Assembly: GCA_027621365.1 (NCBI GenBank)
Contig: JAQCBH010000001.1
Coordinates: 200,724 to 264,723, forward strand
Length of the DNA: 64,000 nt
Source of the DNA: Bacteroidota bacterium
Lineage (GTDB): Bacteria > Bacteroidota > Bacteroidia > NS11-12g > UBA955
Direction: 5' to 3'
The position numbers and the translations under genes were made by a program. Numbering within the stretch: position 1 is the stretch's first letter; the number at the start of each line of letters is the position of its first letter. Positions 18,371 to 27,622 of the stretch are shown here, piece by piece. A model generated the notes under the pieces. The model was not told the DNA's origin. It made no database searches and saw only the letters and a list, made by a program, of their open reading frames with translations.

Positions 18371-18661
18371 ATGGAAATCATCATTCAAAGCAGCCATGTA
18401 AAACCCAGTGACAGACTCGTAAAATTTGCCAAAATGCAAGTGGAACATTTGACCGAATTTTACAAAGATGCCATCTCCGCGACCATTTTTTTCAAACTCG
18501 AAAACGAGAAAGATGGCCTCAACAAACACGTTGAAATTCGACTTCACACACCCAAACACGATGTGTTCGCCAAAACTCGATCGAATCGCTTCGAAAAAGC
18601 CATACGCTTGAGCAACATAGCCGTTCGACGACAACTTCGAAAACTAAAGAAGGGGCGCTAG
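18371..18661 (+). CDS. hpf: Ribosome hibernation factor HPF/RaiA (short form)
   Basis: Size and pattern (NKHVEIRL..P...FAK..S..FEKA...RRQLRK); rpsU-xerC-hpf synteny. Confidence 0.75.
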   Translation: MEIIIQSSHVKPSDRLVKFAKMQVEHLTEFYKDAISATIFFKLENEKDGLNKHVEIRLHTPKHDVFAKTRSNRFEKAIRLSNIAVRRQLRKLKKGR

Positions 18662-18672
18662 CCCCTTTTTTT
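18650..18672. terminator. Hairpin between convergent hpf and ridA-like genes
   Basis: AAGGGGC-GCTA-GCCCCTT followed by a T run. Confidence 0.65.
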
Positions 18673-19087
18673 ATATCGTTGCGATGACCTTCAATTCAAT
18701 GGCAATGGGCGTCGGTAGGCAATTGATTTCCAAGGTCGTTCTGCACGGTGGATTCTCGCCAAAGTACTCCGCCCACAATCGGTTGTAGGTAGGAAAGTCA
18801 TCTTTCATGTTGGTCAAGAAAACCGTCACGTCAACGATGTTGGTCCAAGAGCTGCCTGAGGCCTCCAAAATGTAACGGACATTTTGAAACACACTGCGGC
18901 ATTGAGTCTCAATGTCGTAAGACAGGATGGATCCGTTCTCGTCCAACTCTACACCCGGAATCACCTTGGTGCCTTTTTCTCGGGGGCCAACCCCAGATAG
19001 GAACAACAAGTTCCCTACTCGCTTAGCATGTGGATACAAGCCTACTGGCTCTGGCGCTTTGTCGCTGTTCAAACTTTCGCTGCTCAT
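18671..19087 (-). CDS. RidA family protein (2-aminomuconate deaminase-like)
   Basis: PVGLYPHAKRVGNLLFLSG, PPCRTT, LPTPIAIELK. Confidence 0.85.
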   Translation of the reverse strand: MSSESLNSDKAPEPVGLYPHAKRVGNLLFLSGVGPREKGTKVIPGVELDENGSILSYDIETQCRSVFQNVRYILEASGSSWTNIVDVTVFLTNMKDDFPTYNRLWAEYFGENPPCRTTLEINCLPTPIAIELKVIATI

Positions 19088-19104
19088 GCGGCAAAGATAA
19101 CCGC

Positions 19105-20421
19105 TCAATATCGAACCTCTTGGTGTCTAAATTCAATGCCTTCGCTTGAGAGCATGGGCAGCAAATCTTCGTACCAATACGCACTCATGGGTCGATGCAA
19201 ACCGGGTTTTAGCCCGGGCTTGGTGATGGCCAGTTCGACAGCCATCGCCAAGGTCAAACCCACCGTTTTCGCCATGGCTGTGCGCGCCGCTGATGTTCCG
19301 TGAACCACCATACTGCTTTGGTAGTATTGACGATGGGTTTGCACCCGGTGAACCATAATCACTTCATCGCGGTCACTGCTCTCCAATTTCCAACGTGGCT
19401 CAAGCAGCGCCAACAAGCATTCAGCAGGAATACGGCTGGGCAATTCCCTCTCATCATCCAAGGGTATGTCCTGAATGCGCCGCCGCGTCTCAGCTGAAAC
19501 ATGTTGAGATTCCTGGCTCCAAGCTTCTATGGAAGCATATCCAGAAAATGATTGAAAGGCTTGCTGATAGGTTTGCACTGATTCGGGCCAAAGGGCTTGA
19601 TCCGAAACCCAGCCCCATTGCACCAATTGCTGCCAAGCCTGGCAAAAGTGATCCCGACGAAGGGTCCCCCTCAGCACGGTGTGCGCTGACTCCAAGCCAT
19701 AAGCCTCTACATAGGCCAAGCTATCGCGATTCGGATAGGCCTGCAACGTACCTGAACCCTCTATCTGAATGCTGCGAAAGGAATTGAAAACCTGATTCCC
19801 CACGCATTGCTGCACCTGCCCTTTTTCTAGCCAGGTAGAAGGCGCCCCTTGGCCCGCGCGAATCACATTCATGGGGTTCCAAGTGAACTTATATTGCCAG
19901 GGGTTATCCTTGCAGTCTTCCACTTGCACCAATCCGCCGCAATGGCTTTCAAATGACTGTATCTGCTCCCCCTTTTCTCTGAGTTCGTCCAAGAGCTGAA
20001 TGGCCGACAAATGATCGATACCCGGGTCCAGGCCCATTTCGTTCAAGACAAGTAGATTCTTGGCCTTTATCTCTGGCTCCAAACCCCTCATCTCCTCGCT
20101 TTCATAGGAAGCTGTAGCGAAATTAGCCCCTGCCGCAACGGCCAATTTGGCCAGTGGCATGTGCATGCTGGCCGGCAACAAACTGATGACCCATTGACAG
20201 GGCTCAATCAGGGCAGCCATGGCTTCGGCATCGTTCACATCACCGGTAACGTAGGTGACACCGGGAAGGGTGCCAAAACCCTCTTGAAGGGGCTTTAGTT
20301 GACGATCCATCACCCAAATCTCGGCACCCAATGACTCCGAGCGCTTGGCCAAATATTCGATGGCGAATCCCGCACTTTTCCCCGCGCCGACAATCAGAAT
20401 GCGCATTGGCTTTTTACCCAT
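19105..20421 (-). CDS. Saccharopine dehydrogenase family protein
   Basis: VGAGKS Rossmann motif, NEMGLDPGIDH, HCGGL, YKFTWNP, YPNRDS, RGTLR. Confidence 0.9.
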   Translation of the reverse strand: MGKKPMRILIVGAGKSAGFAIEYLAKRSESLGAEIWVMDRQLKPLQEGFGTLPGVTYVTGDVNDAEAMAALIEPCQWVISLLPASMHMPLAKLAVAAGANFATASYESEEMRGLEPEIKAKNLLVLNEMGLDPGIDHLSAIQLLDELREKGEQIQSFESHCGGLVQVEDCKDNPWQYKFTWNPMNVIRAGQGAPSTWLEKGQVQQCVGNQVFNSFRSIQIEGSGTLQAYPNRDSLAYVEAYGLESAHTVLRGTLRRDHFCQAWQQLVQWGWVSDQALWPESVQTYQQAFQSFSGYASIEAWSQESQHVSAETRRRIQDIPLDDERELPSRIPAECLLALLEPRWKLESSDRDEVIMVHRVQTHRQYYQSSMVVHGTSAARTAMAKTVGLTLAMAVELAITKPGLKPGLHRPMSAYWYEDLLPMLSSEGIEFRHQEVRY

Positions 20422-20441
20422 AAACCCAAAGGTATAAAACT

Positions 20442-21209
20442 TTAGCTACGGCGAGCCATTTCGAACACCAACAAGGCAGCGGCGACCGAAACGTTTAAGC
20501 TATCAACTGCGCCCTGCATGGGAATTTGGATGTTCTGACCCTTGTCTTTCCAAAAATCGGAAACACCCTCGTGCTCCGTTCCGATCACAACAGCACAACC
20601 GGGACCCAAATCAGCCGTCCAGAAAGACTCCGACCGCTCCATAAAGGTGCTGTAAAGCCGGAGCTGCTGGGCCGCTATCTGAGTATAGGCCTCTTCAGCC
20701 GATACTACCCAAACGGGTACAGAAAAGACCGAACCAACTGAATTCCGGATAACCTGAGGATTGAATACATCGACTTTCGGGTCGCAAATGATGACTCCCT
20801 CAATTCCAGAGGCATCGACACTTCTCAATATGGCACCGAGATTTCCGGGTTTCTCCACCGACTCTACGACCAAATAACGGCCGTTCTTTGAAAGCTCGAA
20901 GGCCGAAGCTTGGGGTTGTTTCAGAACAGCCAAGGCTACTTGACCGCTTTTTCGAAGCACCAATTGAGAAAATAAGGAGGCGCTAAATTCGTATTGAAAG
21001 GGGAATCGCGAAGCCAAATCCTGGGCTTCAAATCCCATATCATTTGGCTGAATCCAATGTAGAGGTTCACATCTGCCGCGCAAGGCACATTCAATTTCAT
21101 GCATGCCCTCCACCAATACCACGTAGTCTTGCTTGCGCTTTATGCTCTTCTCCAACCACAGTTTGCACTGTTTGAAGAAAGGATTGCTTGGGCTGCTAAT
21201 GACTTGCAT
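20442..21209 (-). CDS. TrmH/SpoU family RNA 2'-O-methyltransferase
   Basis: EKPGNLGAILRS, IGTEHEG, IPMQGAVDSLNVSVAA. Confidence 0.92.
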   Translation of the reverse strand: MQVISSPSNPFFKQCKLWLEKSIKRKQDYVVLVEGMHEIECALRGRCEPLHWIQPNDMGFEAQDLASRFPFQYEFSASLFSQLVLRKSGQVALAVLKQPQASAFELSKNGRYLVVESVEKPGNLGAILRSVDASGIEGVIICDPKVDVFNPQVIRNSVGSVFSVPVWVVSAEEAYTQIAAQQLRLYSTFMERSESFWTADLGPGCAVVIGTEHEGVSDFWKDKGQNIQIPMQGAVDSLNVSVAAALLVFEMARRS

Positions 21210-21210
21210 G

Positions 21211-21789
21211 TCAGGAGGCATTATCCCCACTGAGCCAGTCGGATTGGGAGGCATCTTCTTTGCTTCGGGTCCAAAGAGCGAAGGCAAACAAGAACAGACC
21301 GTTCAACAGGATTTGCATGGGCCAACCCGCCAACAATTCGGAAGGGCTGCCTGGGTTGCTTTTTTCGATAGCCCCCATGATTTCGTCTTTCGTGGCATCG
21401 TCCAGGGCATTTCCAAAGGCTTCAAACCCCTTGGCAGTGCTCTCCAAAAGAATGCTCTTGGTTTGGGCATTCAAACTCGTATCGACCAAGTTGTACAGCA
21501 CCAATTCGGAGCACACCGAAAGAAAAGTCGCCACCGTCAACACCAGCAAACCACTCAACAGGGCTTTGGCGTATCGAAACTCCGCCCCCCACATTTTGCG
21601 TTCAGTCGTTCCCGCCCAAACCACACCTAACATCAACAAGGCAAAAGAGCCAAATTGATAGGTAGGGGCAAAACGGATTTCCCAGTGCTCCAAGGTATAC
21701 AAGGTGAATTTCACCATAAACAGGACGGCTCCTGTTAAAAATCCATGAAAAACGGCAGGCCGTTTCCAAATAGGCAAGGCAGGCATCAT
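21211..21789 (-). CDS. Membrane protein, DUF4199-like
   Basis: Four TM segments with a periplasmic loop; ATGA-coupled to the upstream gene. Confidence 0.6.
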   Translation of the reverse strand: MMPALPIWKRPAVFHGFLTGAVLFMVKFTLYTLEHWEIRFAPTYQFGSFALLMLGVVWAGTTERKMWGAEFRYAKALLSGLLVLTVATFLSVCSELVLYNLVDTSLNAQTKSILLESTAKGFEAFGNALDDATKDEIMGAIEKSNPGSPSELLAGWPMQILLNGLFLFAFALWTRSKEDASQSDWLSGDNAS

Positions 21790-23057
21790 GCGCTCACTCC
21801 TTTCCAAACACCGCCACAAACCGTACCCCATACGCGGCCTTTCATCGCTTGATTTTTGTAAGGCACATTGGCCGCGATGCTGGAGCTATTGAATCCTACC
21901 ACGGTTTCCCCTTGGGCATCGAACAAGGTCAAATGGGCGACTTGACCTACTTGTAGGCTCAGGGAGTCCAACCCACAGAATTGGCGTGATCGGCGGTGCA
22001 AACATTCGACCAATTGATCCACATCCATGTTTGAATTAGCCTTTAGCAAAGCTGGCCAAAACAAGGGTAAGGTCGCAGCCCCATAAGGCGAATAATCAAA
22101 TTCAACCAAACTTGACTCGATGTCTTCGGGATGATGATTGGAAACTATCGCATCGATGGTTCCGTCTTTCAAACCTTCCCAAAGGGCCAAACGGTCTTCT
22201 TCGCTCCTTAGAGGAGGCAGTACTTTGAAGCATTCGTCAAATCCTTCTAAGGCCGAATCTGTTTCCAGTAAATTCAGCAAGGGAACCGAAGCCCAAACAG
22301 GCAAGCCTTCCGACTTCGCTTGACGAATCAATTCAACCGACTCTTTGCAGCTGATGGCCAAGACGCGAAGGGGGGCTCCCGTGTATCGCATCAATTCCAA
22401 ATCAGCCTGCAATTCCACGAATTCGGCCATCGATGGGATTCCTTTCAAGCCCAAACCTGCATTGACATTTCCTTCGTGCATCTTGGCTTCGCCTACCCAG
22501 CCCGACATACAGGGATGGGACCAGACTGACAGGTTCAGGGAATGGGCATATTGACGAGTTTTCAACCGAGAAGATTGCAGCGGGCTCGCGTGAATGCCGT
22601 CGCAAAAGGCATGGGCACCGGCTTGTTTCAACAGATGCATTTCGCTCAATTCTTTGCCTTCCCCTGATTCAGAGCACAAAGCCAGTGGCAGTATCTGACA
22701 AGCCAAATTCCTGCTGCGTTCCAAAACCGTCGAAACGGTTTCGGGTAAATCAGATTTGGGCTTGCGACCGCAGAGAGCCAACACTTGGGTAAATCCCGCT
22801 TCTTGAGCCGCGGCGCTGGCCGATTCCAACGATTCCTTCCAAGGCTCTCCTGGGTCAGGGATGCGGACAAAGGGATCCACCCAACCTGGACTCAACCAAG
22901 CCGATTGGCCATCAATGTCTTGATCGGAGGGTGTGCTAATATTTGGTGAAATCTCGGCAATCAACCCGTCTTCTATCCTCACATCGCATTGCTGCGCATG
23001 GAACGGGCTGTTCGGATCGGAAATGCGAATGTTTCGAATGGTAAGGCTACGGCTCAT
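21786..23057 (-). CDS. Dihydroorotase-like amidohydrolase, metal ligands degenerate
   Basis: LSPGWVD, KVLPPLRS, DGTIDAIVSNH; canonical HxH and catalytic Asp are missing. Confidence 0.8.
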   Translation of the reverse strand: MSRSLTIRNIRISDPNSPFHAQQCDVRIEDGLIAEISPNISTPSDQDIDGQSAWLSPGWVDPFVRIPDPGEPWKESLESASAAAQEAGFTQVLALCGRKPKSDLPETVSTVLERSRNLACQILPLALCSESGEGKELSEMHLLKQAGAHAFCDGIHASPLQSSRLKTRQYAHSLNLSVWSHPCMSGWVGEAKMHEGNVNAGLGLKGIPSMAEFVELQADLELMRYTGAPLRVLAISCKESVELIRQAKSEGLPVWASVPLLNLLETDSALEGFDECFKVLPPLRSEEDRLALWEGLKDGTIDAIVSNHHPEDIESSLVEFDYSPYGAATLPLFWPALLKANSNMDVDQLVECLHRRSRQFCGLDSLSLQVGQVAHLTLFDAQGETVVGFNSSSIAANVPYKNQAMKGRVWGTVCGGVWKGVSA

Positions 23058-24891
23058 TTCGTTCTTTCAAAAATACGAAGATGGATTCGATTGAAAGGAA
23101 CAAAAGCGCCAGCCCCAAAAACAGCGCCGCCCAAGAAATCGAAACTGAATCCTCATTGATCAAACTCGACCAAGGTGGCAACCCTTGATCATTCCCCTTT
23201 ATTGGCAATCCCGGAGTCCCAAGACGCGGTTCATTCAAGGCCAGCATCTTGCTGTAGCCTGGACCCTGAATGCTGTACAAACCAGGTTTCAAAATCTTTT
23301 GGTTCAAGGGCAATTCCCATTGCCCAGCCCTTTTACGCATCTCGGGAACCAAACTGTCGGAAACACCCCTCAAACTCCAATGGGCGTTGCTGGATGACCC
23401 GGGTTTTACAACACCAATGGGCAAAACACTGTTGGGGCCCAAAACCCCGAACAAAGGTCCATCGGCCCAAGCCAACTGAAGAGCGGGCATCCCTAGTATT
23501 GCGACGGCCCAAGGTGAGGACAGAAAGTCAGCATCCTCTCCTCCCAACCAAAGAAATAAGCGACCGAAACCTTCCCGGCGAAGCAAATACAGCGGCGTTC
23601 CCTCTTCGGTTTTCAGAAGGAGTTCCCATTGGCTCAGTGCTTCAGCACTGGGCACCTGAGCCACTTGGAACGAGGGCAACTTGCGGTTGAAATTTTGGCC
23701 CACTTCACGAAACACATCCCGAAACAAGGGATGTTCCAGACCGGAGGCCGAAAGCACTTCCAAGTCGCGAGAGGTCGTCTCCATTTCAAAATCGAGATTC
23801 AGCAATTTTGCCGCTGAAACAGGGTCCAAACAAACCAAGGTAGCACCCTGCTGAAGAGAGGACTGAATGTTCTGCCATTCTTCCTGATTCCCTGTCGACC
23901 CTGACAAATAAGCCAAGTCAAAATCAGCCTCAACCGATTCAAAGCCATCGTAAGAACTCAACCAGCGTTGAGTAAATGGATGATTCCCCACACTTTTCAC
24001 CCTCAATTTGGGTTGCTGGGGGGCTGTCACATACAATCGATCATCAAACGACCATCCCGACGAAGTCAACTGAAACCAAGCACCTGATGCAGGAAGGGAG
24101 CCCCTCCATATCGCTTCGGCCCAGCCTTCTCCCCTTTCAGCGATTTCCAAACCCTGCATGGGCTTTCCACTGGCATCGTTCAAGGTCAACTCAGGCAAGG
24201 CATCTGATTCCTCAAATCCCTGGAGGCCCAATCGAATTTTATAAGCCGGACCTTCATCGGAATAGATTCGGTATACAGTATCTATTTGGGCATTCTGCAG
24301 GGGTTCATCCGAGCCATAAACCAAGCATTGCACCGCAGAATCTTCACATTGACCGAAGGCATCGCAGATGTAGAAAAAACGCGCCTCAGGATCGCGCAAC
24401 TCCTGGGCATAGGCTCGAAATTGCTGGAAAGACCACCGGGGCCACTCCTGAACGTACGATTGAATTTTGCGCTGAAGTTGTTGGGATGACAAGAGTTGAG
24501 AGCCCCACTGAGGCAAACAAAAACGGGCATCTTCTGGCGCTGCTGACAACCATCGACTCAAGTCCAGCTTGGCTTTTTCCGTCAGTCCCGATTCTCTCAT
24601 GCTCCCTGATTGATCGACGGCTATGTAATAGCGACGCGAGGATCCTTCTTTCGATTTTTGCATGGCCCACAAAAATCCAAGCACCAAAAAAAGCAGGGCC
24701 AAACTGCGCAACAGCAATAGCCATCGATGTCGCAAACGATCGGGATTTTGGCCTGATTGGGTCAGCATCTTCAATCGATGAACCCCGGGAAACAATAAAG
24801 TGGTGGAGCGGCGAATCTGTAGCCAATGAATCAACACGGGCAACAACACCAACAACAAAGCCCAGGACCACGTTTGCTGCAAAAAAGCCAT
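23047..24891 (-). CDS. BatA (N-terminal double-TM) and vWA-like domain protein
   Basis: LPVLIHW...FPGV..L...LLLLLRSLA, VDQSGSM, C-terminal TM. Confidence 0.8.
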   Translation of the reverse strand: MAFLQQTWSWALLLVLLPVLIHWLQIRRSTTLLFPGVHRLKMLTQSGQNPDRLRHRWLLLLRSLALLFLVLGFLWAMQKSKEGSSRRYYIAVDQSGSMRESGLTEKAKLDLSRWLSAAPEDARFCLPQWGSQLLSSQQLQRKIQSYVQEWPRWSFQQFRAYAQELRDPEARFFYICDAFGQCEDSAVQCLVYGSDEPLQNAQIDTVYRIYSDEGPAYKIRLGLQGFEESDALPELTLNDASGKPMQGLEIAERGEGWAEAIWRGSLPASGAWFQLTSSGWSFDDRLYVTAPQQPKLRVKSVGNHPFTQRWLSSYDGFESVEADFDLAYLSGSTGNQEEWQNIQSSLQQGATLVCLDPVSAAKLLNLDFEMETTSRDLEVLSASGLEHPLFRDVFREVGQNFNRKLPSFQVAQVPSAEALSQWELLLKTEEGTPLYLLRREGFGRLFLWLGGEDADFLSSPWAVAILGMPALQLAWADGPLFGVLGPNSVLPIGVVKPGSSSNAHWSLRGVSDSLVPEMRKRAGQWELPLNQKILKPGLYSIQGPGYSKMLALNEPRLGTPGLPIKGNDQGLPPWSSLINEDSVSISWAALFLGLALLFLSIESIFVFLKERNEP

Positions 24892-24916
24892 GCTCAGCTC
24901 CTGGTGGGGTTCACGA

Positions 24917-25537
24917 CTATGGGAACAACCCGTTCAAGGTAGATTGAACTTGGTCGATGATTTTGGCGTAATCGTCAGAATTCTCTTGGAAGTTCATATC
25001 GTCTACGTTGAAGATCAACAGCTTGCCCTTGTAATCACTGATCCAAGCTTCATAGCGCTCATTCAATCTTTTTAGATAGTCCAAGCGTATAGCATCTTCA
25101 TACTCGCGGCCTCGCATTTGAATTTGATCGACCAGTTTGGGAATACCCGCACGCAGATAAATCAACAAATCAGGGGCTTCAATCTGCCCAGAAATGGCTT
25201 CGAACAACTGACCGTAGTTTTCAAAATCACGGGTACTCATCAAACCCATGGAATGCAAGTTGGGAGCAAAAATATGGGCGTCTTCGTAGATGGTGCGGTC
25301 TTGAATGACCGTTTTCTTGCCCTTGCGAATGGCCTGAACATGGCGCCAACGGGTGGTCAAAAAGTACACCTGCAGGTTAAAACTCCAACGTTGCATGTCC
25401 TCGTAGAAGTCTGAAATGTATGGATTGTCATCCATGTCTTCCAATTGCAAGTCCCAATTGAAACTCTTGGCAAGCATATGCGTCAAGGTAGTTTTCCCTG
25501 CACCGATATTGCCTGCTACCGCTATGTGTTGAGCCAT
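24917..25537 (-). CDS. Deoxynucleoside kinase
   Basis: IAVAGNIGAGKTT, QDRTIYED, PDLLIYL, RGREYE. Confidence 0.93.
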   Translation of the reverse strand: MAQHIAVAGNIGAGKTTLTHMLAKSFNWDLQLEDMDDNPYISDFYEDMQRWSFNLQVYFLTTRWRHVQAIRKGKKTVIQDRTIYEDAHIFAPNLHSMGLMSTRDFENYGQLFEAISGQIEAPDLLIYLRAGIPKLVDQIQMRGREYEDAIRLDYLKRLNERYEAWISDYKGKLLIFNVDDMNFQENSDDYAKIIDQVQSTLNGLFP

Positions 25538-25641
25538 ATTGCAATAATAGGCAGGCGAGCAAACCCGCTGCAAATCTTCTCAAAACAAAAGTTTTACACA
25601 CAGACGTGCACCCATTCGGCATTCGAGCATCGTACCTTTGA

Positions 25642-27393
25642 ATGGTGAATCAGACAAGCCCGAAACCCTCCCAATGGAAATTGTTTCTACGCCTTTTAGA
25701 CATGGCGAAATTTCAACGGAGGCTCATGGTGTTTGCTTTGGTCTTGACCTTGCTCCAAAGCGCCATGACCGCGCTTCAGCCAGTTTTGTACCAGCACGGA
25801 ATTGACAAGGTCATTTTGGCCGGGAACTTCGACCAACTTGGGAACTTTTCACTAATTCTCTTGGGATGGCTGATTCTTCAAGCCGGACTGGGGTTTTTGA
25901 ATTCCTACGTAGGAGAGCGCATAGGCCAGGCCGTGATTTTGAAATTGCGCCAATACGTTTACGAACACCTCACCCGTCTGCGTTTGTCATTCTTTGACAA
26001 AACTCCAGTGGGCACGGCTGTAACGCGAAGCATCAGCGACATTCAAACCATTACCGATCTCTTTTCATCGGGCATCATCACCATCACAGGCGACAGCCTG
26101 CAGATCATCATCATTTTGATCTGTATGTTCAGTATGAACGTTGGTCTGACTTTGCTTACCCTTTCGGTGATTCCCTTGCTATTGTTGGCGGCCAATCGGT
26201 TCCGAAAAGGCATTCGAGACAGTTTCCAAGATGTACGCACCCAGGTTTCTCAATTGAATGCCTTCTTGCAAGAACGCATCACCGGCATGTCGATTGTGCA
26301 ACTCTTTAACCGCGAGTCCATTGAAGCGAACAAGTTTGAATCCATCAATGCCGAGCACCGAGACGCGAATATTCGAAGCATCTTTTACTACGCCATATTC
26401 TTTCCATTGGTAGACGTTCTAGTTGCCATTTCCTTTGCCCTCATAGTGTGGTATGGCGCCAAAGGCATGTTGCACGAAGAGATGGCCTTTGGCGAATTGA
26501 TGGCCTTCATCATGTTCATCAACTTGTTTTTTCGCCCGGTACGGGCCATTGCCGACCGCTTCAACAACATCCAAATGGGCATTGTTGCCGCTGAGCGCAT
26601 CTTTCAGTTGATTGACCAAAAGGAGTACTCAGAACCCGAACACGGGGAGTCGGCGTCTCGGTTGAAAGGAGAAATCTCATTCGAGAAGGTTTGGTTTGCC
26701 TACAAAGACGAACAGTACATTTTGAAGGGCATCGACTTCCATGTGCAGCCCGGACAGACCCTGGCCTTGGTGGGCCATACGGGGTCTGGAAAAACCACCA
26801 TTGCCAATTTGGTGAGCCAATTGTACAAGCACCAAAAAGGGACCATACAACTGGATGGCCGGCCCATTGAGCACTGGGACTTGAGATCCATTCGACGACA
26901 AATTGCCCTGGTCCTCCAAGACGTCTTCCTCTTTTCTGGATCGATCGAAGACAACATTCGTCTTCACGACGAGGAACTCCCCACTGATGCTATCAAAACG
27001 GCAGCCCTGCGCATCGGAGCCTACGACTTCATCAATAAGCTCCCCGGCGGATTCGAGTACAACGTCATGGAGCGAGGTTTGTCCCTATCACTGGGTCAGC
27101 GCCAATTGATCTCCTTCATTCGGGCTCTCGCTTTTGATCCCAGCATTTTGGTTTTGGACGAAGCGACCAGTGCCATTGACTCGGAAACCGAAGTATTGAT
27201 TCAGCGAGCCATTGAAACACTGCTAGAGAACCGAACAGCCATCATCATTGCCCATCGCTTGAGCACCATCAAACACGCCGATCAAATTCTGGTATTGGAT
27301 AAGGGTGAAATTGTCGAAAGAGGAAGCCACAACGAATTGCTGGCGAAAAAAGGCACCTACGCCCAATTGTACAGCACCCAACTTCAAAACTAA
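25642..27393 (+). CDS. ABC exporter, fused permease/ATPase (MsbA/MdlB-like)
   Basis: TM domain, GHTGSGKTT, LSLGQRQ, LVLDEATS, AHRLST. Confidence 0.93.
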   Translation: MVNQTSPKPSQWKLFLRLLDMAKFQRRLMVFALVLTLLQSAMTALQPVLYQHGIDKVILAGNFDQLGNFSLILLGWLILQAGLGFLNSYVGERIGQAVILKLRQYVYEHLTRLRLSFFDKTPVGTAVTRSISDIQTITDLFSSGIITITGDSLQIIIILICMFSMNVGLTLLTLSVIPLLLLAANRFRKGIRDSFQDVRTQVSQLNAFLQERITGMSIVQLFNRESIEANKFESINAEHRDANIRSIFYYAIFFPLVDVLVAISFALIVWYGAKGMLHEEMAFGELMAFIMFINLFFRPVRAIADRFNNIQMGIVAAERIFQLIDQKEYSEPEHGESASRLKGEISFEKVWFAYKDEQYILKGIDFHVQPGQTLALVGHTGSGKTTIANLVSQLYKHQKGTIQLDGRPIEHWDLRSIRRQIALVLQDVFLFSGSIEDNIRLHDEELPTDAIKTAALRIGAYDFINKLPGGFEYNVMERGLSLSLGQRQLISFIRALAFDPSILVLDEATSAIDSETEVLIQRAIETLLENRTAIIIAHRLSTIKHADQILVLDKGEIVERGSHNELLAKKGTYAQLYSTQLQN

Positions 27394-27571
27394 AGAGATC
27401 AACAGGAGTTCCTATTAGGCAAGAACTCCTCTTCTAACACTTATGGGTGGTTTACTGGTGGCCATGAGTTTATGCCATTCTAGGGTTCCTTATTGACACT
27501 TAGGGTGGCTTCAGGTTGTCGTCTGCCCTTATTAGATTCTCTACCTTTAGGTTTCACAGACTTTGAGCAAT

Positions 27572-27600
27572 AAAAAAGGGGCCCATTACTGGGCCCCTTT
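27572..27600. terminator. Terminator between convergent ABC exporter and rpoC
   Basis: AAAAAAGGGGCCCA-TTAC-TGGGCCCCTTT. Confidence 0.85.
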
Positions 27601-27622
27601 CACACAATCATAGAATCAAGGC

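Noticed and set aside
23175-24947. Long + strand ORFs (23175-23690, 23976-24947) over the BatA gene
   Set aside because: No motifs; the minus-strand frame has recognisable domains and operon coupling.
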